Assembly: GCA_964016885.1 (NCBI GenBank)
Contig: OZ024762.1
Location: 27,714,001 to 27,778,000, forward strand
Reading direction: 5' to 3'
Origin: Eledone cirrhosa
Lineage: Eukaryota
DNA length: 64,000 nucleotides
Shown here: one piece after another, positions 54,401 to 64,000 of the stretch
Layout of the letters: every line of letters begins with the position of its first letter
How positions within the stretch are numbered: position 1 is the stretch's first letter
Notes under the pieces: generated by a model
The model's input: the letters and a program-made list of their open reading frames with translations, nothing else
Told to the model about the DNA's origin: nothing
Databases searched by the model: none
Program-made: the position numbers and the translations under genes

Positions 54401-55720
54401 TATAGCGATTAGGTCTTCAAAATGTTTATTATAAACATACAGAATATTTTCGAATATTCTATGTCTATATTCATATATATATCGCTATTTCAGAGCATTT
54501 ATTCCAATTTCTAATTTCTGCCGGACCGGCAACCGCTCTTTCAAACCAGTTCCTGTACACAGCTAAGTATTCTATAAGTCTCTAGCTGTGTCATTCTCGA
54601 TAAAAGCACTGGATATGTAGTCCTGATGAATTCTAACAAGAATGAAACGCGTAGATTACTTCCCTTGCTTTTATCGAGAATCTAATTGTAATACGTGACG
54701 TATTCTATTCTATAGCGATTAGGTCTTCAAAATGTTTATTATAAACATACAGAATATTTTCGAATATTCTATGTCTATATTCATATATATATCGCTATTT
54801 CAGAGCATTTATTCCAATTTCTAATTTCTGCCGGACCGGCAACCGCTCTTTCAAACCAGTTCCTGTACACAGCTAAGTATTCTATAAGTCTCTAGCTGTG
54901 TCATTCTCGATAAAAGCACTGGATATGTAGTCCTGATGAATTCTAACAAGAATGAAACGCGTAGATTACTTCCCTTGCTTTTATCGAGAATCTAATTGTA
55001 ATACGTGACGTATTCTATTCTATAGCGATTAGGTCTTCAAAATGTTTATTATAAACATACAGAATATTTTCGAATATTCTATGTCTATATTCATATATAT
55101 ATCGCTATTTCAGAGCATTTATTCCAATTTCTAATTTCTGCCGGACCGGCAACCGCTCTTTCAAACCAGTTCCTGTACACAGCTAAGTATTCTATAAGTC
55201 TCTAGCTGTGTCATTCTCGATAAAAGCACTGGATATGTAGTCCTGATGAATTCTAACAAGAATGAAACGCGTAGATTACTTCCCTTGCTTTTATCGAGAA
55301 TCTAATTGTAATACGTGACGTATTCTATTCTATAGCGATTAGGTCTTCAAAATGTTTATTATAAACATACAGAATATTTTCGAATATTCTATGTCTATAT
55401 TCATATATATATCGCTATTTCAGAGCATTTATTCCAATTTCTAATTTCTGCCGGACCGGCAACCGCTCTTTCAAACCAGTTCCTGTACACAGCTAAGTAT
55501 TCTATAAGTCTCTAGCTGTGTCATTCTCGATAAAAGCACTGGATATGTAGTCCTGATGAATTCTAACAAGAATGAAACGCGTAGATTACTTCCCTTGCTT
55601 TTATCGAGAATCTAATTGTAATACGTGACGTATTCTATTCTATAGCGATTAGGTCTTCAAAATGTTTATTATAAACATACAGAATATTTTCGAATATTCT
55701 ATGTCTATATTCATATATAT
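51481..55720. mobile_element. Retrozyme-like tandem array, 310-bp unit: 5 units minus (51481-53030) and about 8.6 units plus (53051-55720), in (TA)n
   Basis: Unit starts at 51481, 51791, 52101, 52411, 52721, then 53051, 53361, ... 55531; no ORF; one hammerhead per unit (14 in total). Confidence 0.92.
53067..53109 (+). ncRNA. Minimal type I hammerhead of the 310-bp unit (first plus copy; repeats every 310 bp)
   Basis: gtagtc-CTGATGA-attct-aaca-agaat-GAAA-cgcg-TA-gattac; in full units stem I is extended by ttctcgataaaagca/tgcttttatcgagaa. Confidence 0.92.
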
Positions 55721-55758
55721 ATATATATATATATATATCAAAAATATATATATAATAT

Positions 55759-55809
<51 letters not shown>

Positions 55810-55849
55810 TATAATATATATATATTTATATATATATATATATAAATAT

Positions 55850-56380
55850 ATGAATAAAGTTAGTCCTTCATCAGTGATCTTCCAACCATCATTGGTATTT
55901 CATCGCTTTAAAGACCATATATCTCCGGTTGGTGCGAGCAACAGCTAAAAAAAGTCGTTGGGACACGTAAATAAAGGGGACACGAGATTGTAAACAAACA
56001 AAGATGGTGAAGCAACGAAAAGTGAGGAAGAAGGAGTCAAGTCCCAAATTTCCATGAATATAAGTTCGGTGAAATCGTGAACGAGAGAGAATAAAGACCA
56101 TCAAACCTGGTTGGAATGTGAGCAAGGAAGGAATTCCGTACAGGTCTAACGGGAGGAAGAAGGGATCTAGTCTGTGAATTCGGTGAACGTAAGTTCTGTG
56201 AAATCGTAGACGAGATATATATATATATATATCCAAAATTAAGTTAATCAAAATTATGGGTGTCATGCCAGAAAGACATGCGCCATATCACCCGCAAAAT
56301 AAGCTCTAAGATTCTAACGAATAGGTCCGAGCACTTTATAATGATTAATCATGTTTATTTATATGTTAATCAAATTCTAG
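55850..56380 (-). repeat. Second copy of the 21023-21255 repeat family with an internal sub-repeat
   Basis: Homology as above; AAGTTC.GTGAAATCGT..ACGAGA repeated at about 56062 and about 56192. Confidence 0.65.
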
Positions 56381-57292
<912 letters not shown>

Positions 57293-57705
57293 ATTTCGTT
57301 TCTGAATTTGTTTAGCAAGATTCTTTATCTGAAAACGTGTGTTGAAACCGATATTGTTATATTTTGGGAGGGTCATGTTGCCAATAAGAAATACACGCAC
57401 CGGTCGCCTTCACTTCAATTTATTATATTAAATTTATAAATTTCCGGTTGGTTGATTGGTTCCACAACCAGATGGTTGTTTATATATTGTCAAAGTTCTT
57501 TCGTCGCACATTCTGAGACCTCTTCAAAAACAAGATGGCGTAGGACAGAACAAATGAAGGCGCAAAACACAAAGAAAAGAATCCCCAGTCACTGAAGAGG
57601 TCAGAGAATGTGTGCCGAAAGAACTTTGACAATATATAAACAACCATCTGGTTGTGGAACCAACCAACCAACCGGAAATTTATAAATTCCTAAATTTATA
57701 AATTT
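57293..57705. mobile_element. Diverged pLTR-only inverted-arm copy of PLE D with degenerate hammerhead at 57587-57630 (+)
   Basis: 57293-57525 matches 49791-50048; 57526-57705 matches 50930-51110. Confidence 0.8.
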
Positions 57706-57740
57706 ATTATAATATATAAAATATATATATATAAAATATA

Positions 57741-58635
57741 ATATGTTGAGAAGGTAACACACCAGAGAGAGATATATAGTGCGTTATCAATAATACAGGG
57801 AAAAAACCACCAGTGTATGGAATCTATAACCTATGAAAGGCAGACTATAGACACGATAATTAAAAATATAAATTAAAGCGTAAATAAATACCTCTATAAC
57901 TAGATAACACACGTACAAATCCAAAGATATGTTTCACCAAAAAATTTGTTGAAAGAAATGGTCTAGTCTCGGTTCATCAGCGTGTGTAAGGCCATACATT
58001 TCAGACAACACTAAGAGAATTTTACAATTGACTGTCCAGCTACACGTGGGAGAGAGAAGTCACAGCGTGTTTAAGGGCAGTGAACCAGTGGCCTCTGAGA
58101 GACGAACTGCTAGAAAGGGCAGCCCAAAGCCACTCAGAGAAGTGTGCTCAACCAAACAGAGATAGGAAAGGCTGTTATTAGGAGCGAAATATCACGATAA
58201 ATTAACGGAGGCATAGGCCGTCGTTATTCCCTGTAAATAATGTGCTCAAAGGGGAAGAGATCCTGAGCCCTTTAAAATATATGTTGAGAAGGTAACACAC
58301 CAGAGAGAGATATATAGTGCGTTATCAATAATACAGGGAAAAAACCACCAGTGTATGGAATCTATAACCTATGAAAGGCAGACTATAGACACGATAATTA
58401 AAAATATAAATTAATTTATATTTTTAATTATCGTGTCTATAGTCTGCCTTTCATAGGTTATAGATTCCATACACTGGTGGTTTTTTCCCTGTATTATTGA
58501 TAACGCACTATATATCTCTCTCTGGTGTGTTACCTTCTCAACATATTATATTTTAAAGGGCTCAGGATCTCTTCCCCTTTGAGCACATTATTTACAGGGA
58601 ATAACGACGGCCTATGCCTCCGTTAATTTATCGGT
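57741..58635. mobile_element. Retrozyme-like element with about 538-bp unit: about 1.25 units minus plus an inverted arm 58414-58635
   Basis: 57741-57875 repeated at 58279-58413; fold-back at 58413; hammerhead on minus strand. Confidence 0.75.
57907..57987 (-). ncRNA. Type I hammerhead with full stem III
   Basis: Minus strand: acacacg-CTGATGA-accgaga..ttttggt-GAAA-catatc-tttg-gatttg-TA-cgtgtgt. Confidence 0.85.
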
Positions 58636-58762
58636 ATATATAAAATATATATATATATATAAACGTTTGAATATGTATAATAAAGCCAAAACAATGCAGG
58701 TATGGACATAGAAAAAAGAATGCAATTGCAAAAGATATTGTTGACAATTCGTCTTTTACCTT

Positions 58763-58826
58763 AGATTTATTTAAATGTCCTTAATTTTCGAGATAATATC
58801 TCTTCTTCAGAGGGAAATAAAGGTCT
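58763..58826 (-). ncRNA. Minimal hammerhead in the 3' pLTR of PLE family E
   Basis: Minus strand: tttatttccct-CTGAAGA-a-gagata-t-tatctc-GAAA-at-TA-agga..aaataaa. Confidence 0.6.
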
Positions 58827-59194
58827 CAAACCAGCGTTCTAAATATCTTGCCAAGCCATGCTGACAGGAAATAGTATAGAATATCTGTTCTATCTCTAAT
58901 GTCAAAGAGTTAAAATTAGGTGGATAAAGAGTAGTCTCCCTTTAAAAGGGGTTTGTTTAGGGTTTTTTTTTATATATACATGCCTGTTTAAGTGTGTGGG
59001 AGAATGCATGAAGGTGTAAGTATGTGTGTGTGTGTGTGTGTGTGAGTGTGAGAAGATAAGTCTATTCGTAAATGTGGGGGATAGGTGTTATCTGGTGTTA
59101 GAACTGGTTTTGTGTGTGTATGTGTGAGAGAGAATAAGTGGAGGTGTAAGCGTATGTGTGTGTAGGGTGTGTAAATATGAGGCTAGAAGCCCTA

Positions 59195-60441
59195 TCAGGT
59201 TATAAATTGGGTGTTGAGTTCTAGTCTATTATTGATTGGTGGTAGTGTTTTATCTATAATTAGTGCTTCCTTAATTCTAAGATTGCCGAGGTTTCTTTCC
59301 TTAGTTTCTATCCTAACTGTTATGGTTGTGTCGGTGTTTTTGCATTTAACTAGGTGTTTCTTAAATGAGGAAGCGTTAGTATTGAGGTGTTCTTTTATTC
59401 TTATGTGGAGTGGTCTGGTGGTGCTACCTACGTAGAAGTTGTTGCATTTGTCACACTCTAGTCTGTATACGACGTAAGCCTGGTGGCATAGGTCTGTGTC
59501 GTTGATGGGGCAGTTGGCTAGTCTGCAGCAGTTGTCATGTCTGGTGGAGTGTCTTTTGGTTAGCTGTCCGCGTAGAGAAGGACCTGAGTGGGCCAGTTGG
59601 ATATCTAGTCCCTCTCGTCTGATGGCTCTGCGGATGGCTGTTGTTGTTTCTTCACTGAAGTGTGGGAGCTTCAGGAAGCAAGTGTTAGTGCCTCGGGTGT
59701 GGTGTCCTCTGTTCTTTCTGGCACGGTTTGTGGTGGATGTCGTGTATCCGTTCAGTTTGAGTACTTCCAGGAAATGTGTGGTGTGTGTGTCTCGGTCTCT
59801 AGCGTCGGTGCATTTGTTCCGGATACGTGCCAGTTCGTTCCTTATGTATCCGAACTTGGCACCGAGTGGGAGGGCCGATCTGAAATGTACGAACAGGTCC
59901 CTGCTGGCGGCTTTTTTATAGAACCAGGTGTGGATGTTGCCTTCCTCTGTTACCCTGAGTTGGAAGTCCAGTAAGGATAGGGATCCGCGGTCATCGGGGT
60001 GTTCCATGCTGAACTTTATTCTGGCGTCCATGCTGGAGAATGTTGTGTATATTTTATCTGCCTCACGGGATGATGTAAGGATGAGTATGTCATCTACATA
60101 TCGGGTGAAGAAGGCATGGGAATGGCAGGTGTTGAGGGCTCGGCATTCTAGCTGGTTCATGTAGGTGATGGCCAGCAGGCCCGATAGGCTGGATCCCATG
60201 GGTAATCCTGTTGTCTGTCTGTATGTGTGGTGGTGGAAGGTGAAGTACGTGTTGTCTACTGTGAAGGACAAAAGCTGGTGTATGTCCGTCGGGTGGAGGC
60301 CGTAGCAGTGGTTGTCCTCTGCGACCACGCAGTCCATCAATAAATCGACAGCTGGATGAGCGGGGACTGTAGTGTAGAGCGAGACAACGTCGAGGCTAAA
60401 AGCGTATTTATTTAGTTTAAGTTGTTCTGGCTGGAGTTGGT
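59195..60441 (-). CDS. PLE family E RT + GIY-YIG, partial (5' end at assembly gap; 3' UTR to about 58660)
   Basis: SLDVVSLYT upstream of the called ORF, YRQTTGLPMGS, RYVDD, LSLLD, VVYRLECDKCNNFYVGSTTRPLHIRIKEH. Confidence 0.9.
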
Positions 60442-60641
60442 NNNNNNNNNNNNNNNNNNNNNNNNNNNNNNNNNNNNNNNNNNNNNNNNNNNNNNNNNNN
60501 NNNNNNNNNNNNNNNNNNNNNNNNNNNNNNNNNNNNNNNNNNNNNNNNNNNNNNNNNNNNNNNNNNNNNNNNNNNNNNNNNNNNNNNNNNNNNNNNNNNN
60601 NNNNNNNNNNNNNNNNNNNNNNNNNNNNNNNNNNNNNNNNN
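60442..60641. other. Assembly gap (200 N)
   Basis: Run of N. Confidence 1.
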
Positions 60642-62180
60642 GCCTTGTGCCAAAAGTAAAAACAATCATACCACTATCGGTAAAGCGTCAGGCACCATGC
60701 TTTGCAGCATAGAGTTACGGCCTTTTACGTTCTGAGTTTAAATCCCGCTGAGGCTAACTTATCCTTTCATCCTTACAGGGTCGATAAAATAAAGTACCAG
60801 TAATGCACTGGGGTCGATTTAATAGACTTTCTCTCTCCCCAAAATTGCTGGCCTTGTGCCTTTATACGAAACCATTATTTATGCTCAGGGCTCAAACCCA
60901 GCCAAAGTTAACTTTTTCTTTTCATCCTTATGGGGTTGATAAAATAATAGTACCAGTCAAATACTGAGGGTGGATGTAATCGACTGTCCCTTTCTTCACC
61001 AAATTTCTGGCATTGTGCCTACGTAAACTATTATCATTATATTATAATAATAATTGTTTCTATATAATAATAATGATAATAGTTTACGTAGGCACAATGC
61101 CAGAAATTTGGTGAAGAAAGGGACAGTCGATTACATCCACCCTCAGTATTTGACTGGTACTATTATTTTATCAACCCCATAAGGATGAAAAGAAAAAGTT
61201 AACTTTGGCTGGGTTTGAGCCCTGAGCATAAATAATGGTTTCGTATAAAGGCACAAGGCCAGCAATTTTGGGGAGAGAGAAAGTCGATTAAATCGACTCC
61301 AGTGCATTACTGGTACTTTATTTTATCGACTCTGTAAGGATGAAAGGATAAGTTAGCCTCAGCGGGATTTGAACTCAGAACGTAAAAGGCCGTAACTCTA
61401 TGCTGCAAAGCATGGTGTCTGACGCTTTACCGATAGTGGTATGATTGTTTTTACTTTTGGCACAAGGCCAACAATTACCCCAGGGCATTACTGGTACTTT
61501 ATTTTATCGACCTCGTAAGGATGAAAGGCAAAGTTAACCACAGCAGGATTTCAACTCAGAACGTTATGGGCCATAACTCTATACTGTAAAACATGGTGTC
61601 TGACGCTCTACCGATACTGTCAATCCACAGCCTTAAAAATAATAATAATGATTTCTACTTTAGGCACAAGGCCAGCAATCGGGGGGGGGGGCTCGATTTA
61701 ATCAACCCAGTGTATTACTGGTACTTTATTTTATTGACCCTGTAAGGATGAAAGGCAAAGTTAACCTCGGCGGGATTAATAAAAATAATGGTTTCTGTTT
61801 AGGCACAAGGCCAGCAATTTTTTTTTTTTTTTTTTTAAAGTCGGTTAACCCTTTAGCATTTAAACCAGCCGTATCCGGCCAGAATTCTCTCATCTCTTTC
61901 TGTTCAAACTAGCTGTAACTGGCTGCTCATACTGATGTTAAAATATTGTTCTCAAAATAAATAATATCAAAATCTCATAGATTCAATATTATGGGAGATA
62001 ATTATGTGAGGTAAAACCTTTACCGTGAAAATACAATAGTAAATATAGAGTAATGTAAATGCTAAAGGGTTAAATTGACCCCATTGCATTACTGGTACTT
62101 TATTTTATCAACCCAGTAAGTATGAAAGACGAAGCTAACCTTGGCAGGATTTGAAATCAGTCCGTAAAGGGACGTAACTT
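60642..62180. mobile_element. Cluster of Meta-domain tRNA-SINE copies, including an inverted duplication 60642-61045/61064-61468
   Basis: Repeated CTGGTACTTTATTTTATCGACC..AAGGATGAAAGG and GGCACAAGGCCAGCAA motifs. Confidence 0.85.
61849..62069. mobile_element. piggyBac-type MITE nested in a SINE
   Basis: 14-bp TIR CCCTTTAGCATTTA/TAAATGCTAAAGGG with TTAA on both sides (61845-61848, 62070-62073). Confidence 0.85.
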
Positions 62181-62190
62181 AATAACGATG

Positions 62191-62222
<32 letters not shown>

Positions 62223-62326
62223 CATGATAATGTGAAATGTTTCTTCATCTGCATCAAATGCTAGACCAGGGGACTGTTTAATTAATTTAATAATTGTTGA
62301 TTGTTTTGTTTTGTTAATTAAGGCTC

Positions 62327-63492
62327 TCAAACATATGATGACCCATTGTCCACGTGATAAGGTGGGGGTAATCTATAAGGCGGAGGTGGCTGAGTATAGG
62401 TATTGCTGTATGATGCATTCTCATTACCATAAATTTCCTCATCTGATGGACTCTCTTGTTCGTCTAATGTTGATGGCTGGTATGGTAGGCCTATCTGGGG
62501 TGAAAATTTACGACGTGCACTTGATTTAGGCTTACCATCTCCTGGAAGGATTACTGCCCGTTTCGAACGATTTGATTTGTCCTTTTGTGCCTGTTCCCTA
62601 TGGAACATAACTGGGTCTTGGTCCTCAAATGAATGCCGTGGTTCCTTCGGCTTGCTCTTTTCTTTTTTCTGTTTCCGACTGCAGATCAGTAAAATAATGA
62701 CGACGATAAAGATAGCTATTGCTACGGCAATAACAGTCGGTATTATAGCCTCTGCCCAGGGGTCAACCTGTACCACACCTCCAGTTCCGCTTGCTTCCGA
62801 CACATCTTGGCATGCACCTTTCATTTGGAACTCAACGTTTGTAACTTTGTACTTTGGGGACATGTATTTACTGAACTTGGGGTTAATGTAACCCTTGTGG
62901 TCAACGACCTTCTGTTTCATTTCATGTATGGTCTCATTGTCGCAGTGGTCAGTTGCTATACTGTTGTTGGTCCATGTTACAATCAACGAACCTGGTCGAG
63001 CGTCAATCACTGTGATGGAGTTTGCATCTCTGTCATCGAAATAAGACGATAATTTTTTAATGAGGTTCTTAAATTTTCTACGATCGTTTAGAAACCTTCT
63101 ACCATTCACATCGAACCTCATAATAAATTCTTGTGTTGGTACTGTGTCCGTATCACTGGCATTTATGTAAATCTGGATTATATCCTGCGCTATTTTGCCA
63201 CCCTGATCTATAGCATTTATAGTTAACTCAATTGGACTCTCCTTCATATCTTGTGGCAATGGTAGGCCAGAAAATGTTTGCTTTCCGTCATCAAACTGCA
63301 CCCAAGAGTAAGAGTATGTCGGAGGTCTATAGGAATCCCACTTGAATGCAACATCAAGAGTTAGGTCCCTTGTGGAACCGTCTTCAAGATCATTGAACGT
63401 ATTTTCGGGTATCTGGAATTCAAACATTTTCCCAGCGAAAGCATATATCTTTCCGATTGGATTGATAACATCAGGAGCCATATTTGGTGGTT
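62327..63492 (-). CDS. DAG1: Dystroglycan, terminal coding exon (cadherin-like Ig domain, SEA module, TM helix, cytoplasmic tail)
   Basis: FEFQIPENTFNDLEDGSTRDL..WVQFD..GLP; SEA cleavage-like PGSLIVTWTNNS; TM IIPTVIAVAIAIFIVVIILLIC; basic juxtamembrane; C-terminal PPPPYRLPPPY; splice acceptor tttctcattgcAG immediately before 63492. Confidence 0.9.
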
Positions 63493-63639
63493 CTGCAATG
63501 AGAAATCAGATATATAGATAGATATACAAACATGCATACATAGATATATATGCATACATGATGGCTGCAAACTCTGCTAAAATTATTGCAATCGCTTGTC
63601 AGATTATAGAGTTTGGTGCACTTTTAGGCTATGGCCAGC

Positions 63640-64000
63640 CACACAAACCTGCAACAGATCCTGAACAAGTAATGCCTGTGCTTTTAAGGGTTTTTTAAGT
63701 GGGGAAAGGCCTTGCACTCGACCAATCCCACTCTCTGAGCATCGAAAACACTATCCAAAAAGGAGAGCTGGTCAATATCATCGGATGCCTCCTAAGCCGC
63801 AGGTATTTTTTTTTTAGAGTTTCCCTCTCCTAGAAATGTGTTTTGACAACAACTGAGGGCCTTTCAATCCCAGGTGGGGGAGGGGGTGGTACTATTTGGA
63901 TGGCCATTGACTCTGCTGAGTTCCTCTGCCCTTTGCCAGGTCTTGTATTTCATCCTGCAGGGTGTCTGAATATCACCCTCCTCACCAAGCCAGCTTGGTG
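63640..64000 (-). mobile_element. Intronic RTE-type 5' UTR fragment
   Basis: Reverse complement CACCAAGCTGGCTTGGTGAGGAGGGTGA..AAAGGGC..GAGTCAATGGCCATCC matches 8310-8413. Confidence 0.6.

Noticed and set aside
51481-55720. CRISPR array
   Set aside because: Units are identical over 310 bp with no unique spacers; no cas genes; eukaryotic context
63361-63570. 69-aa ORF and the ATG at 63481 as a gene start
   Set aside because: A splice acceptor at 63493-63494 and missing N-terminal dystroglycan domains show this is an internal Met of a terminal exon

Overview
Eukaryotic, AT-rich, repeat-dense animal DNA. The SINEs and very long (TA)n tracts suggest a cephalopod/octopus genome, which is an inference. 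The only host gene is the terminal coding exon of dystroglycan (minus strand, 62327-63492). The rest is a transposon landscape dominated by Penelope-like retroelements (PLEs; RT + C-terminal GIY-YIG) inserted in (TA)n microsatellites. These include an apparently very young 15.7-kb concatemer with three identical intact 819-aa ORFs (4199-bp unit). Alongside are several unrelated ORF-less tandem units (310, 467 and about 538 bp) that each carry a type I hammerhead ribozyme (retrozyme-like). I read by eye about 9 distinct hammerhead families (over 30 copies), including two non-canonical cores: CCGAAGA, and a U3-A8 compensatory UUGAGAA. About a dozen insertions share one architecture, two divergent (head-to-head) arms whose outer 3' ends usually lie in (TA)n. 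Also present: RTE-clade LINE fragments, a Helitron helicase fragment, tRNA-derived SINEs, a TTAA-flanked MITE and a 200-N gap. All ribozyme calls rest on manual base-pairing, not computation or assay.
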